Assembly (NCBI GenBank): GCA_047285305.1
Contig: JBJBDL010000003.1
Coordinates: 1,760,001 to 1,824,000 of the forward strand
Length of the DNA stretch: 64,000 nucleotides
Direction of reading: 5' to 3'
Source: Synechococcus sp.
GTDB taxonomy: Bacteria; Cyanobacteriota; Cyanobacteriia; PCC-6307; Cyanobiaceae
Shown here: piece after piece, positions 1 to 11,391 of the stretch
Layout: the number at the start of each line of letters is the position of its first letter
Position numbering within the stretch: position 1 is the stretch's first letter
Translations under genes and position numbers: made by a program
Notes under the pieces: generated by a model
Told to the model about the DNA's origin: nothing
The model's database searches: none
The model's input: the letters and a program-made list of their open reading frames with translations, nothing else

Positions 1-177
1 CGCACCAGCGGGGAACACCGGATCAGCAATTTCCTGCTCTGGCAGCTGGCCTACGCCGAAATTCACGTCACCGATGTGCTCTGGCCTGACTTCAATGCCG
101 ATGCATTGAAAGCCGCCCTGCTCGATTTCCAGCGTCGCCACCGCCGCTTCGGCGGTCTTGATCCGATCCGCCCATGA
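1..177 (+). CDS. uppS: Undecaprenyl diphosphate synthase / isoprenyl transferase, 3' end only
   Basis: Frame 1 reads [31 protein letters not shown]...RRFGG, the UppS C-terminal signature. Stop overlaps the bioB start (ATGA). Confidence 0.93.
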   Translation, partial: RTSGEHRISNFLLWQLAYAEIHVTDVLWPDFNADALKAALLDFQRRHRRFGGLDPIRP

Positions 178-1169
178 CCCTCAGCATCCGCCACGACTGG
201 ACCACCGTGGAGATCCAGACCCTGCTGGAACTTCCCTTGATGGAGCTGCTCTGGCAAGCCCAAACCGTGCATCGGGAAGCCAACCCGGGCTACCGGGTGC
301 AGCTGGCCTCTCTGCTGAGCGTGAAAACGGGGGGCTGCGAAGAAGACTGTGCCTACTGCTCTCAGTCGATCCACAACAGCAGTGACGTGACGGCCTTTGA
401 GGCCCAGATGCAGGTGGAGCCGGTGCTTCAGCGGGCCCGGGCCGCCAAGGAAGCCGGTGCTGATCGCTTCTGCATGGGCTGGGCCTGGCGCGAGATCCGC
501 GATGGCGCTCCCTTTGAGGCGATGCTCGAGATGGTGCGGGGCGTGCGCGACATGGGGATGGAAGCCTGCGTGACCGCTGGGATGCTCACCGACCAACAAG
601 CGGAACGCTTGGCCGAAGCCGGCCTCACGGCCTACAACCACAACCTCGACACCAGCCCCGAGCACTACGACAGGATCATCTCCACCCGCACCTATCAGGA
701 ACGGCTGGAAACCCTGCAGCGGGTGCGCAAGGCCGGCGTCACCCTCTGCTGCGGCGGCATCATCGGCATGGGTGAGACCCTGCGGGACCGCGCCTCCATG
801 CTGCAGGTGCTGGCCAGCATGAACCCCCATCCCGAAAGCGTTCCGGTGAACGGGCTGGTGGCGGTGGAGGGCACCCCTTTGGAAGAGCAGGCACCCTTCG
901 AACCGCTGGAGCTGGTGCGGATGGTGGCGACCGCAAGGATCCTGATGCCCCATGCCCGGGTGCGGTTGAGCGCCGGCCGTGAATCGATGAGCCGGGAAGC
1001 GCAGATCCTCTGCCTACAGGCGGGAGCCGATTCGATCTTCTACGGCGATGTTCTGCTCACGACCGGCAACCCGGACGTGGAGGCCGACCGCCAACTGCTC
1101 GCCGATGCGGGGGTGACCGCCAACTGGCAGGAGGGCGCGGCAGCTCCGGTCAACTGCTCGCCCCGCTGA
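174..1169 (+). CDS. bioB: Biotin synthase
   Basis: Radical SAM motif CEEDCAYC, plus [24 protein letters not shown] and VRLSAGR. Confidence 0.97.
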   Translation: MTLSIRHDWTTVEIQTLLELPLMELLWQAQTVHREANPGYRVQLASLLSVKTGGCEEDCAYCSQSIHNSSDVTAFEAQMQVEPVLQRARAAKEAGADRFCMGWAWREIRDGAPFEAMLEMVRGVRDMGMEACVTAGMLTDQQAERLAEAGLTAYNHNLDTSPEHYDRIISTRTYQERLETLQRVRKAGVTLCCGGIIGMGETLRDRASMLQVLASMNPHPESVPVNGLVAVEGTPLEEQAPFEPLELVRMVATARILMPHARVRLSAGRESMSREAQILCLQAGADSIFYGDVLLTTGNPDVEADRQLLADAGVTANWQEGAAAPVNCSPR

Positions 1170-1395
1170 TCAGCTGCCCCAAGTAACGATCACTCCACTG
1201 GCACACAGGTTGAGCGGGCGCAGAGCTAGACCGGAAAAGGCCCTTCGATGAGGCACCGTGATTGATCCCATCGTCATCCCCTCGCTGTTCGGTCTGTTTG
1301 TTCTCTCGGTCATCCTTGAAACCATCAAAGACGACAAGCAGCGCCACCACCATCACCGCTATTGAGATCCGGCCAGACAGGTGATGCGCGGACAT
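1150..1395 (-). CDS. Hypothetical small protein with an N-terminal hydrophobic stretch
   Basis: 81-aa ATG-initiated ORF in the bioB-rhodanese gap. No recognised motif. Confidence 0.3.
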   Translation of the reverse strand: MSAHHLSGRISIAVMVVALLVVFDGFKDDRENKQTEQRGDDDGINHGASSKGLFRSSSAPAQPVCQWSDRYLGQLISGASS

Positions 1396-1679
1396 TTCCG
1401 ACTGTCACCAACCGGAAACACTGCACAAAAAACTCATTGTGAGTGGCGTCCCTATTGAGCTACACCGTGTTGGTCTGTGGCTCAGCCATGAAGATCGACA
1501 GCGCGAACGCTCAACCGATGGGAAGCCTGATCTTTGAAGGGGGACACAAGCCCTTCCATGCCCTGGCCTGCCCCCTGAAGCCGGCTTCGGTGCGGATCAG
1601 CAGGAAAGCCTGAGGACCAACAAAGCGTTTGCACGCCCCGGCCTGATGCAGGCTGGAGGACTGTTGAACCGGTAACAGC

Positions 1680-2663
1680 GTGGATCCGAGCAACCTGGAG
1701 CCTGTGCTGGAGAAGGACAGCCGACTCCTGGTGGCGGCTTTCTATGCCTTCACGCCCCTGGATGACGAGCGTCGGGAGGCATTGCTGACCCGCTTGCCTA
1801 GCCTGGCTCGAGAAGGCAGCGTGGTCGGATCTCTGTTGGTGGCTCATGAAGGGGTGAACGGCACGATCAGTGGACCGGAATCAGCTGTTGATGCGGTGCT
1901 GGATCACCTGCGTGCCTCGTTGGATCTGGGCGACGACCACTACGCACGGCTCGAGGTGAAGCGCAGCTGGGCCGAAAAACCAGTGTTCCGCCGCTTCAAG
2001 GCCCGGCGCAAAAAGGAGATCGTGACCATCGGCGTGGCCAGCGTGGATCCCAGCACCAGCGTGGGCACCTATGTGGAACCCGAAAACTGGAATGCCCTGG
2101 TAGATGATCCCGACACCCTGGTAATCGACACCCGCAACAGCTACGAAACAGCGATCGGCACCTTCGAGGGGGCCATCGACCCCAGCACCGAGAGCTTCCG
2201 TGAATTCCCGCAATGGGCAGAGTCCATGCTGCGGCCCCTGATCGAACAGCAGGGCAGCAAGCGCATCGCCATGTTCTGCACCGGCGGGATCCGCTGCGAA
2301 AAAGCCAGCAGCTACCTGCAGCAACAGGGTTTCGGGGAGGTGCACCACCTGCGCGGCGGCATCCTCAAGTACCTCGAGCAGGTTCCGGAAGCCGAGAGCC
2401 GCTGGCAAGGGGAGTGCTTTGTTTTTGATCAACGGGTGGCGTTGAACCACCGACTCGAACCTGGAGAGCACAGCCTTTGCCACGCCTGCGGCCTACCGGT
2501 GTCAGCCCAGCAACGCGAACTGCCGAGCTACATCAAGGGGGTGCAGTGCGTTCACTGCGTGGATCGCTTCACCGATGCCGACCGGGAACGCTTCGCCATG
2601 CGACAGCGTCAGATCGATCAACGCCAGATGGACCAACACAACATCGACCAGCAGAAGGCCTGA
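1680..2663 (+). CDS. trhO: UPF0176/TrhO-family rhodanese-related protein (tRNA U34 hydroxylase)
   Basis: EGVNGTI, KKEIVT, IDTRNSYE, MFCTGGIRCEKAS, LRGGILKYLE and WQGECFVFDQRV. Confidence 0.88.
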   Translation: MDPSNLEPVLEKDSRLLVAAFYAFTPLDDERREALLTRLPSLAREGSVVGSLLVAHEGVNGTISGPESAVDAVLDHLRASLDLGDDHYARLEVKRSWAEKPVFRRFKARRKKEIVTIGVASVDPSTSVGTYVEPENWNALVDDPDTLVIDTRNSYETAIGTFEGAIDPSTESFREFPQWAESMLRPLIEQQGSKRIAMFCTGGIRCEKASSYLQQQGFGEVHHLRGGILKYLEQVPEAESRWQGECFVFDQRVALNHRLEPGEHSLCHACGLPVSAQQRELPSYIKGVQCVHCVDRFTDADRERFAMRQRQIDQRQMDQHNIDQQKA

Positions 2664-2711
2664 GCAGTTAGTCCGCATCGGACAATCCCTGACAGGGACC
2701 ACCCCGATGCC

Positions 2712-3683
2712 GTGCTGCCGATCCTCTACAGCTTTCGACGCTGCCCGTACGCCATGCGCGCCCGCTGGGCTCTGCTGGAGGCAGGACTGTTGGTTCAGTG
2801 GCGAGAGATCGCACTGAAGGCCAAACCGGCTGAGATGTTGGCGGTCTCCCCCAAGGGCACCGTGCCCGTTTTGGTGCTGCCGGATGGCACCGTGATCGAG
2901 GAAAGCCTGGCGGTGATGCACTGGGCCCTGGATCAAGCAGACCCTCGCGAGCTGCGCAACGCCGGCGATGCCTCAGCGCTGATCGAGCAGAACGACGGTG
3001 CTTTCAAACATCATCTCGACCGCTTCAAGTACACCGACCGCTACCCCGGCACCAACAAAGAGGAGCAACGCGCCGCCGGGCTGGCCATCCTTCAAAACTG
3101 GAACCAGAGGATCGCTGATCAGGGCTGGCTGCTGGGAGAGCGCTGCTCGCTGGCAGATGCCGCGCTCTGGCCGTTCGTGCGGCAGTGGCGCATCGCCGAT
3201 CCCGAGGGATTCGACAACGACAACAGCCTGGAGGCCCTCCGCCACTGGCTCCAGCGTTTCCTCGAGGATCCCCGCTTTGAGCGGCTGATGCAGCGGGCCG
3301 ACCTCTGGAATGCCGGGGGGCAACAACACCACTTCCCCGCCGATGCTGTGGCGGTGCCCTTGGATCAGCCCCTGTTTCACCTGGCCCTCAAGGCCGACTG
3401 GCAGGCCGCACAGGCCAACGCCAGCTACCGCATCTCCACCCGGGGAATGAGCTTGAAGCAGGCGGGCTTCATCCACTGCTCCTGGCAGGAGCAGGTGAAG
3501 GCCACCTTTGAGCGGTTCTACGCCGACTGCGGCGAGGTGCTTCTGCTTGAAATTGATCCCGCCGCCGTGAACGCTCCCCTGCGGGCCGATGCCATCCCCA
3601 CCGGCGAACTGTTCCCCCATCTCTACGGGCCACTGCCCCTGAAAGCGGTGAGCTCGGTCGGCACCATGCAGGCGGCAGCATGA
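2712..3683 (+). CDS. GST-like protein fused to a C-terminal DUF952 domain
   Basis: N-terminal LYSFRRCPYAMRAR, SPKGTVPVL and FKHHLDRFKY. C-terminal GFIHCS...QV and GELFPHLYGPLP. Confidence 0.85.
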   Translation: MLPILYSFRRCPYAMRARWALLEAGLLVQWREIALKAKPAEMLAVSPKGTVPVLVLPDGTVIEESLAVMHWALDQADPRELRNAGDASALIEQNDGAFKHHLDRFKYTDRYPGTNKEEQRAAGLAILQNWNQRIADQGWLLGERCSLADAALWPFVRQWRIADPEGFDNDNSLEALRHWLQRFLEDPRFERLMQRADLWNAGGQQHHFPADAVAVPLDQPLFHLALKADWQAAQANASYRISTRGMSLKQAGFIHCSWQEQVKATFERFYADCGEVLLLEIDPAAVNAPLRADAIPTGELFPHLYGPLPLKAVSSVGTMQAAA

Positions 3684-3693
3684 CTGAACGACC

Positions 3694-4215
3694 ATGACCG
3701 TGGCCGGATCCCGATCGATGCTTGAGCAGTTAGAAGCCGAAGCCCGCGAACGGGGACTGCTGCTGCGGTTGCAGGTGGGCCGCCCCCTGGGGCTGTGGAG
3801 CCTGCGGCTGGTGGTGGCAGGGCAAGCCGCCAGCGGCAGCCTGCTGCTGCTGGGGGAAATGAAGGGATGGGCCTATCCCGCCGCCACGGGCCTGCAACTC
3901 GACACGATGCGGGTGATGCCGAAGACTCCTGCCGGAGTGGGTGATCTGATCTGGGCGGCCACCATGGCCTGGGCCCAGGAGGCCACCCCCTGCTCACGGG
4001 CCCGGTTGCTGGCCATCCGCGACGACGAGCAGCAGCACCGCCGGCTGGTGCGCTACTTCCGCCAACGCGGCTTCAGCAAATCCCGTGATGTGGAAGCGGC
4101 GCTGTGGGATCTGCCCCTGCGCATGGTCTGGGGCGGTGCCGGGGCCCTGATGAGTGGTGATCTGGCCACCGTTCTGGAGCGCAGTCTGCGGGGCTGGCGT
4201 CAGTCAGCGGCGTGA
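3694..4215 (+). CDS. Conserved-type hypothetical protein (possibly GNAT-like)
   Basis: 173-aa ORF following the previous gene. [22 protein letters not shown] and VWGGAG motifs. Confidence 0.7.
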   Translation: MTVAGSRSMLEQLEAEARERGLLLRLQVGRPLGLWSLRLVVAGQAASGSLLLLGEMKGWAYPAATGLQLDTMRVMPKTPAGVGDLIWAATMAWAQEATPCSRARLLAIRDDEQQHRRLVRYFRQRGFSKSRDVEAALWDLPLRMVWGGAGALMSGDLATVLERSLRGWRQSAA

Positions 4216-5099
4216 TAGCTGCTGCGCACCAGCGGCCCACTGCGCACCTGGGCAAAGCCCAACTCACGGGCCACGTCCGCCAGCTCATCGAACTCCTGGG
4301 GCGTCCAATAGCGGGCCACCGGAATGTGAACCAGTGAGGGGCGCAGGTACTGCCCCAGGGTGATCCGTTGGCAATCCACGGCGCGGAGGTCCTTGAGGGT
4401 GGCGATTACCTCATCGCGGTTCTCGCCCAAGCCGAGCATCAGGCCACTCTTGGTGGGGATCTCAGGAGCCAGCTCGCGGGCGGCCGCCAGCAAACCCAGG
4501 GATCGTTCATAGGTGGCACCGCGGCGCACCTCCCCCTGCAACCGCTGCACCGTTTCCAGGTTGTGGTTGAAGCACACTGGTTGGGCAGCGAGCACCGTGG
4601 CCAGCCGCTCCCGTTGAGCCACCAAAGCCTGATCGTGATTCGCCACGCCCCCCCAGAAATCGGGGGTGAGCACCTCAAGGGCGATCAGCGGATTGCGGGC
4701 TCGGATCGCCGCCATGGTGCTGGTGAAAAGGCTGGCGCCGTGATCGGCGAGATCGTCGCGAGCGACCGCCGTGAGCACCACATAACGGAGCTGCATCGCC
4801 TCCACCGCATCGGCCACCCGCTCCGCTTCCGCGGCATCCAGCAGCATCGGGGCCTGGCCCTTGTCCACCTGGCAGAAGGCACAACTGCGGGTGCAAATCG
4901 AGCCGCCCAACAGGAACGTAGCCGTTCCGGCGGCGTAGCACTCGCCGCGGTTGGGGCAGCGCCCCTCCTCACAGATGGTGTGCAGCCGGTTCTGCTTCAC
5001 CAGCCCCTGCACCCGCTCCAACTCAGAGGCATTGCCGATCGGCCGCCGCAGCCAGTCCGGCAGTCGCTCGGCGGGAGTGATGGCGCTGTACTTGCTCAT
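4200..5099 (-). CDS. lipA: Lipoyl synthase
   Basis: [46 protein letters not shown] and GPLVRSSY. Confidence 0.97.
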   Translation of the reverse strand: MSKYSAITPAERLPDWLRRPIGNASELERVQGLVKQNRLHTICEEGRCPNRGECYAAGTATFLLGGSICTRSCAFCQVDKGQAPMLLDAAEAERVADAVEAMQLRYVVLTAVARDDLADHGASLFTSTMAAIRARNPLIALEVLTPDFWGGVANHDQALVAQRERLATVLAAQPVCFNHNLETVQRLQGEVRRGATYERSLGLLAAARELAPEIPTKSGLMLGLGENRDEVIATLKDLRAVDCQRITLGQYLRPSLVHIPVARYWTPQEFDELADVARELGFAQVRSGPLVRSSYHAAD

Positions 5100-5755
5100 A
5101 CTGGGCGGCGCCCCTCAAGGGCCCTGCTCAGGGTGACCTCATCGGCATATTCCAGTTCACTGCCCATCGGCAGGCCATAGGCGATCCGGCTCACCGAGCA
5201 GAAGGGCTTCAGCAATCTCCCCAGATACAAGCTGGTTGTGTCCCCTTCCACGCTGGGGGTGAGGGCCAGGATCACCTCACTGATCTCCTCATTGGTGATG
5301 CGCTGCACCAATTCGGTGACATGCAGCAGCTCCGGACCAATGCCATCCATAGGTGAGATCAGGCCACCGAGAACGTGGTAAAGCCCCTGAAATTCGCGGG
5401 TGCGCTCCAGCGCAAGCAGATCGCGGGAATCGGCCACCACGCAGATCACGCCGTTGCGGCGCTCGGGGTTGCGGCAGATCTCACATTCGGGATCAGCGGA
5501 GAGGTGGAAACAGGTCTGGCACTGGCCCACCTGGGTACGGGCCGCCAACAAAGCGTCAGCGAACTGATGAATCTGCTCCTGCGGTTGATTCAGCAGATGC
5601 AAAGCGAGCCGCTGGGCCGTGCGCGGGCCGATGCCGGGCAGACGCTCGAACTGATCAATCAGTCGGGCCAACGGTTTGGTGAAGCCGCTCAGGGGTCTGC
5701 CGCCAATGCGAGAAATGTAGGAGTTGCTTCGATCATCTGCCGCAAAAGTGGTCAC
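5096..5755 (-). CDS. recR: Recombination mediator RecR (true start may be CTG at 5692)
   Basis: [14 protein letters not shown]4 zinc finger CQTC...[20 protein letters not shown] and EGDTT. Confidence 0.95.
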   Translation of the reverse strand: MTTFAADDRSNSYISRIGGRPLSGFTKPLARLIDQFERLPGIGPRTAQRLALHLLNQPQEQIHQFADALLAARTQVGQCQTCFHLSADPECEICRNPERRNGVICVVADSRDLLALERTREFQGLYHVLGGLISPMDGIGPELLHVTELVQRITNEEISEVILALTPSVEGDTTSLYLGRLLKPFCSVSRIAYGLPMGSELEYADEVTLSRALEGRRPV

Positions 5756-5778
5756 GCCGATCAGGCCACAACGGCAGA

Positions 5779-6360
5779 ATGGCTCATGGATTGATCGCCC
5801 CGCTGATGCAGCTCCTCCAGTCTCTGAGTCGCGTGATCATTTGCAGCGTTCTGGCACTGGTGCTGGGGGCCTGCGCAGCGGGACCGACGGCAGGGCTGCA
5901 GTCTTACCAGAGCCCGGATGGCCGTTTCGCCTTCCTCTATCCAACTGGTTGGACCGAGGTGCAGGTGAGCAACGGACCCAGGGTGGTGTTTCACGACCTG
6001 ATCCACAGCGATGAAACCGTGAGCCTGATGATCAACAAGGTGAACGAAGACAACGAGCTGAGTGAACTGGGCAGCGCCGTTGCCGTGGGAGAGCGCCTGC
6101 GCCGTGAAGTGATCGCCACCGCCGGCAGCGGCCGCAACGCTGAGCTGGTGGAAGCACGGGAGCGTGAGGTGAATGGCCACACCTTCTACGACCTTGAATA
6201 CGCCGTACACCTGGAAGACCGCGACCGCCACGAGTTGGCGACCGTAGTGGTAGACCGCGGCCGGCTCTACACCCTGGCCACCAGCGTCAACGAAGACCGC
6301 TGGGCCAAGGTGGGTGACCTCTGCGGCCGGGTGGTGCGCTCACTGACCCTGCTGATCTGA
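5779..6360 (+). CDS. psbP: CyanoP, photosystem II PsbP-like lipoprotein
   Basis: Lipobox-like [26 protein letters not shown] and GRLYTL. Confidence 0.88.
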   Translation: MAHGLIAPLMQLLQSLSRVIICSVLALVLGACAAGPTAGLQSYQSPDGRFAFLYPTGWTEVQVSNGPRVVFHDLIHSDETVSLMINKVNEDNELSELGSAVAVGERLRREVIATAGSGRNAELVEAREREVNGHTFYDLEYAVHLEDRDRHELATVVVDRGRLYTLATSVNEDRWAKVGDLCGRVVRSLTLLI

Positions 6361-7305
6361 TCAGAACAGGAAGCGGAAACGCCGGCCGTTGGGATCACCT
6401 GAATCGGTGCCAGTGCTCGAGCGCGCCGGCCACTCCGTATCCAAATAACTGATGCCGTCGGCATCGAACGGAACCGCCCTCAGGCTGATGGTCTTAAGTT
6501 CGGTGGTGGCCATGGCGGTGACCAATCCACCCAGTTCCATTGGCCCCAGATCCGTCTCCAACGCCTGCCCCGCCGCAGTGATCAAGGACGGCAGGCGAAT
6601 CAGATTCTGCGGTTGTTTCATCTGCTCAAACAGCCCCTTCAGTGCCAGCTGCTGCCGTTCCAGCCGGCCGAAATCGCCGCGACCGTCGTTGCGCCAACGC
6701 AGAAAACCCTCCAGATCCTTGCCCTTCAACAGCTGAGGGCCTGGCTGCAGGTCGATCAACAGGTTCTGACTGCGATCGACGTAGTACAGGCGCTTGGGTA
6801 CATCCACATCAATGCCCCCCACCAGGTTGGCCAGGGTTTCGATCGCATCCAGGCGCACCACGATGTGATGACGGATCGGGCGGCTCATCAACAGCGATAA
6901 CTCCCGCTCCACCGCCTCCACGCCGCCATAGGCCATCAGCGCATTGAGCTTGATGCCGCCGAAGCCCTCGGCATCGATGTAGCTGTCGCGGGGGATCTGG
7001 GTGATCGACGTGGTAGTTCCATCCACCCGCACCGTGAAGATCACATCGGTGTTGCTGCCAGTGCGGTCCCGGCCCAGCACCACCACCTCCCTGGCCCCGA
7101 AGCCGGTCCACCCAGCAAACGGGTTGGCCAGCGGCGCGGGCTGAGGCAGCGCAAAGGGTTGATCTGCCGTACTGGATGGCGCCGTGATCAACCGGATCAG
7201 CGGAACCGAGAGAATCAGACCACCGCTGAGACCCGCCACCACAGCAGCAACCATCGACCAGCTGATGGGCTCAGATGACGCTTTAGCAGGGGGGGCTTGT
7301 GGCAT
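6361..7305 (-). CDS. LCP (LytR-CpsA-Psr) family protein
   Basis: N-terminal TM helix, SNTDVI, IPRDSY, KLNA, LVGGIDVDV and FLRWRND.GDFGRLERQQ. Confidence 0.9.
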   Translation of the reverse strand: MPQAPPAKASSEPISWSMVAAVVAGLSGGLILSVPLIRLITAPSSTADQPFALPQPAPLANPFAGWTGFGAREVVVLGRDRTGSNTDVIFTVRVDGTTTSITQIPRDSYIDAEGFGGIKLNALMAYGGVEAVERELSLLMSRPIRHHIVVRLDAIETLANLVGGIDVDVPKRLYYVDRSQNLLIDLQPGPQLLKGKDLEGFLRWRNDGRGDFGRLERQQLALKGLFEQMKQPQNLIRLPSLITAAGQALETDLGPMELGGLVTAMATTELKTISLRAVPFDADGISYLDTEWPARSSTGTDSGDPNGRRFRFLF

Positions 7306-7371
7306 GGATCACGTGCTACGAAGCATCTTGGCGCGCTCGTCCCATCTCGGGTACAGGAGCGCAGGCCTCTG

Positions 7372-9471
7372 TTAAACCAAAGGATCGCTGATCACCATTG
7401 AGGCGCAGGGGAGCTGACGGATCAATTTGCTGGTGCGATCACTGCCGGGAATCGGCAGACCGGCAACCCGCCTGCGCTGGGTGCGCAGGATCACCAGATC
7501 GTGTTCGCGACTAAGGCGATGAATAGCCCCGTCGATGCCGGGCCCCCGCACGATCACGATGTGGAACCGCTCATCCGGAATCCCCGGGGGGCGCCATCGG
7601 ATCAGCTGCTGTTCCATCCAATGACGGTCCTGGCCGCTGAAGCGGGGGTCGTGCACATGCAGCAGGGTGATCCGCACGCGCTGATCCTCCGGGGCTGAGT
7701 TGATCACGCGCAGCGCCAGTTCGAACTGCTCGCGGGCACTGGCGGAGAGGTCTTTGATCGGAACGAGGATCCGGCCCAGGCCTTTGTCGGTCTCACGGCC
7801 CAGGTTCACCACCACCACCGGACAGTGGGCCGTGCGGCAGACCCCATCAACGATGTCGCCCATCAGCCAGGCCCGGAGCTGATCGCGGCGGGCTGCACCG
7901 ATCAGCAACAAATCCGCGGCCTGCTCCAAGGCTGTGCGGCTCATGCCGCCGGCGATGTCTTCATCCAGCCGCAGCAGGCTGCGGGTGGGCACAGCCAACT
8001 GTGCACCGATGCTCTCCGCTGCGCTGAGGCGTCCGCGCGCTGCCGCAACAGCCCGGTTCAAGCCACCGCGCATCTCCTCGAGGCTGGGATTCACCATCGC
8101 CAGGGGCAGCAGTACACCTTCAGCCCCCGATGAGCCCTGCACCAGACGAGCCGCCATGCTCAGCAACCCTTTCTCGGTGCGGGGGTTGGCCACTGGCACC
8201 ACGATGCGCAGGGGGCGCTGCACTACCTCGTTAACGCCATCCAGCACCGCCGCCTCCTCACCGAAGCTGACCGGAACCGCATCGGGGCTGGGATCCTTGA
8301 GCCGGGTCACCGACTGCTCGGTGAGGATCGGCCCCAGGGTGGCCGTCACCACCATCACCGCCAGAACGCTGTTCAGCACGGTCTGATTGAGCAGGCCCGC
8401 CTGATAGCCGATGAAGGCAGTTGCCAGGGTCGCCGCCACCTTGGGCATCGTCAGCGACCACATCATCAGGATCTGGGCGCCGCGATAACCGAACAGCCGT
8501 CCGCTTAACCACGACGCCAGGCCCTTGCCGCCGATGGCGCCCACCAGCATCAGCGCGGTGAACTGAAAGTTGCCCAGGCTTTCGCCAAGGCTGCCCAGAT
8601 CCAGAAGCAATCCCAGATCGATGAAGAAGATCGGGATGAACAGCACGCCACCCACAAAAATCACCTGCTCCTTCACCCGGCCCTCTGGCAACACGGAATT
8701 CACCGCCAGACCAGCCAGGAAGGCGCCGACGATCTTCTCGACGCCGGCCAGCTCAGCCCCCAGGGAAGCCAGGAACAGGGCCACCAAAACAGCGAGCACC
8801 ATCCGGTTTTCATCGCTGATGCCCCGCAGCACCAGGCGCCGGCCCAGCCAGCGGATGCCGATCACCACCACCAGAGCGAAGCCACCGATCCTGAGCAGCA
8901 GCAGGCCCAGCCCCAGCCCGCTGAGGCTGCCCTGGCCCAGCCCCAGCCCCACCGCCAGCAGCAGCAGAGCGACGATGTCGGTGAAGATCGTGCTGCCCAC
9001 GCTCACCACCACCGACTCATCCTTCTGAGCGCCATAACTGCGCACGATCGGGTAACCCAAGGGGGTGTGGGTGGCCATCAGGGCGCCGAGCAACAGGCAC
9101 GACACCGAGGCGAAGCCCGCCATCAGGCCGATCGACACGCCCGTGCCCACACCGATCAACAGGATCAGCAGGCCATAGATGAACGAGCGGCGTTTGACCC
9201 GGTTGAACTCCTCCAGGTCAATCTCCAGACCCATCGTGAACAGCAGATACACCGCCCCGAGATCGGAGAGCAGCCGCACCGTTTCGCTGCTGCTGTCGAC
9301 CCAGTTCAAGGCATGGGGGCCCACCACCACACCAGCCGCCAGCAACCCCACCAGATCGGGCAGGCCCAGCCGCCGGATCAAGGGCGGCACGGCCGCACTG
9401 ATCGCCACCAACATCGAGAACACCCCGAGGGGGTGATGCATGACGTGGCTGATCGAGGCCTGCATGGCCAT
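7372..9471 (-). CDS. CPA2 cation/H+ antiporter with C-terminal USP-like domains
   Basis: Many TM segments, LLFTMGLEIDL, IVGAFLAGL and FIPIFF. C-terminal IVVPVANP / ILVPI. Start chosen at MAMQ. Confidence 0.88.
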   Translation of the reverse strand: MAMQASISHVMHHPLGVFSMLVAISAAVPPLIRRLGLPDLVGLLAAGVVVGPHALNWVDSSSETVRLLSDLGAVYLLFTMGLEIDLEEFNRVKRRSFIYGLLILLIGVGTGVSIGLMAGFASVSCLLLGALMATHTPLGYPIVRSYGAQKDESVVVSVGSTIFTDIVALLLLAVGLGLGQGSLSGLGLGLLLLRIGGFALVVVIGIRWLGRRLVLRGISDENRMVLAVLVALFLASLGAELAGVEKIVGAFLAGLAVNSVLPEGRVKEQVIFVGGVLFIPIFFIDLGLLLDLGSLGESLGNFQFTALMLVGAIGGKGLASWLSGRLFGYRGAQILMMWSLTMPKVAATLATAFIGYQAGLLNQTVLNSVLAVMVVTATLGPILTEQSVTRLKDPSPDAVPVSFGEEAAVLDGVNEVVQRPLRIVVPVANPRTEKGLLSMAARLVQGSSGAEGVLLPLAMVNPSLEEMRGGLNRAVAAARGRLSAAESIGAQLAVPTRSLLRLDEDIAGGMSRTALEQAADLLLIGAARRDQLRAWLMGDIVDGVCRTAHCPVVVVNLGRETDKGLGRILVPIKDLSASAREQFELALRVINSAPEDQRVRITLLHVHDPRFSGQDRHWMEQQLIRWRPPGIPDERFHIVIVRGPGIDGAIHRLSREHDLVILRTQRRRVAGLPIPGSDRTSKLIRQLPCASMVISDPLV

Positions 9472-9532
9472 GGCTGCACCGCGGCTTGCGGACCCAGCAT
9501 GGTCGCGAGATCTGCCGGCAACAACAGCTTCT

Positions 9533-11320
9533 TCAGGAAGCGATAAGCCCTCCGCCGGCCTGCACCTGCCAGAGGTTGGTGTAGATCCCGCCCTGGGCCA
9601 CAAGGCTGTCGTGGCTGCCCTGCTCCACAATCCGGCCCTGGTCCATCACCACAATCCAATCGGCATAGCGCACCGTGCTGAGCCGGTGGGCGATCACCAC
9701 GGTGGTGCGCTCCTTGATGATCTGCGCCAAGGAGCGCTGGATGGCGGATTCGGTGTCGTTGTCCACCGCAGCGGTGGCTTCATCGAGCACCAGCACCGGC
9801 GCATCCTTGAGGATGGCGCGGGCCAAAGCGATGCGCTGACGCTGTCCGCCTGAGAGGCGCTGCCCCCGCTCCCCCACCAGGGTGTCGTAACCCTGGGGCA
9901 AGGCGTCGATAAAGCCAGCGGCTTCCGCCAGGCGAGCGGCCTGCTCAATCGCCACCGGATCAGGATCTGCAACGCCATAGGCGATGTTCTCGGCCACGGT
10001 GCCGTGGAAGAGGTAGACGTCCTGACTCACCAGGGCGATGCAGCGGCGCAGGTCCTGCAGCTGCAGGGTGTCGATAGGGACCCCATCCAGACAGATGAAT
10101 CCGCCATGGCGCTCATACAGCCGCAACAACAGCTTCACCACGGTGCTCTTCCCAGACCCCGTCGCCCCAACGATGCCAAGGGTCGATCCCGCTGGCACGG
10201 TGAGATCGAAGCCCTGCAGCAGCTTTGATCGGCCGGCATAGGCAAAATCAACCGCTTCAAAGCGAATCTCACCCCGCAGCCGCTGCGGATCCACCGGCAC
10301 CGTTCCTCCCTGGATCAACACCGGCGTATCGATCAGATCGAGCACCCGTTGCGTGGAGGCCATCGAGCGCTGGTACTCATCGAGGGTGCGGCCAATGGCG
10401 GTTAACGGCCAGAGCAGCCGCTGGGTGATGAACACCAGAACGCTGTAGGTGGCCACCGGCAGTTCCCCGGCCAGGGCCTTGAAACCACCGATCAACAGGA
10501 TCGCCAGGAAGGCGAACAGGATCGCGAAGCGAATCAAGGGGATGAAGGCCGCCGAGAGACGAATCGCCCGGGCATTGCTCTGGCGATAGGCCAGGCTTTC
10601 CGCCCGCAGGCGCTCAAGTTCCAGACCCTCGGCGGTGAAGCTCTTGATCGTGAGCATCCCCCCCAGATTGTTGGCGAGCCTGGAGGCGAGGTCACCCGCC
10701 CTGGCCCGCACCTCCCGATAGCGCGGCGCCAGCTGGCGCTGGAAATGCAGCGATCCCCAGAGAATCACCGGAATCGGAAGATAGGCGAAGAGGGCCACCT
10801 CCGGCGCCACCATCGCCATGCCGATGCCGACCACCAGCACGGTGGTGATCAACTGCAGGATCTGGTTGGCACCCCGATCCAGAAACCGTTCGAGCTGGTT
10901 GATGTCGTCATTGAGCACCGCCATCAGGCGACCGGTACTGTCCTGCTCGAAAAAGGCCAGCTCCAGCTTCTGCAGATGGTCGTAGGCCTCAAGCCTGAGG
11001 CTGTGTTGGGTGGTTTGCGCCAGGTTGCGCCAGAGCACGTCGTAGAGGTATTCGAACAGCGACTCCGCTGCCCAGATCACGAAGGTGAGCAGTGCCAGAC
11101 CCCACAGTTGCTGGCCGGCGGTCCTCAGACCGAAACCCGACAGCACGGATTGCTCCTTGAGCAACACCACATCCACGGCCAAGCCGATCAAGATCGGCGG
11201 GGCCAGATCGAACAGCTTGTTGAGCAGGGAGCAAGTCACCGCTGCAACCACCAGGAGGCGCTGCGGCGCCAGATGGCGCAACAACCGCATCAAGGGGGAG
11301 CGATTTGCTGAAGCTTTCAT
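9533..11320 (-). CDS. ABC exporter, fused permease/ATPase
   Basis: Walker A GATGSGKST, LSGGQRQR and LDEATAAVD, with an N-terminal TM domain. Confidence 0.93.
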   Translation of the reverse strand: MKASANRSPLMRLLRHLAPQRLLVVAAVTCSLLNKLFDLAPPILIGLAVDVVLLKEQSVLSGFGLRTAGQQLWGLALLTFVIWAAESLFEYLYDVLWRNLAQTTQHSLRLEAYDHLQKLELAFFEQDSTGRLMAVLNDDINQLERFLDRGANQILQLITTVLVVGIGMAMVAPEVALFAYLPIPVILWGSLHFQRQLAPRYREVRARAGDLASRLANNLGGMLTIKSFTAEGLELERLRAESLAYRQSNARAIRLSAAFIPLIRFAILFAFLAILLIGGFKALAGELPVATYSVLVFITQRLLWPLTAIGRTLDEYQRSMASTQRVLDLIDTPVLIQGGTVPVDPQRLRGEIRFEAVDFAYAGRSKLLQGFDLTVPAGSTLGIVGATGSGKSTVVKLLLRLYERHGGFICLDGVPIDTLQLQDLRRCIALVSQDVYLFHGTVAENIAYGVADPDPVAIEQAARLAEAAGFIDALPQGYDTLVGERGQRLSGGQRQRIALARAILKDAPVLVLDEATAAVDNDTESAIQRSLAQIIKERTTVVIAHRLSTVRYADWIVVMDQGRIVEQGSHDSLVAQGGIYTNLWQVQAGGGLIAS

Positions 11321-11391
11321 GAGGGTTCGTTCCGACACGGTTTTCACCCCTGAAGACGCACTACAACGGAACAACAATTGAAGGAGGTGCC

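Noticed and set aside
63..953. Long antisense and alternative-frame ORFs (this one, 19110-20120, 20776-21807, 61086-62204 and others)
   Set aside because: They are shadow ORFs opposite well-supported genes in GC-rich DNA and carry no motifs.
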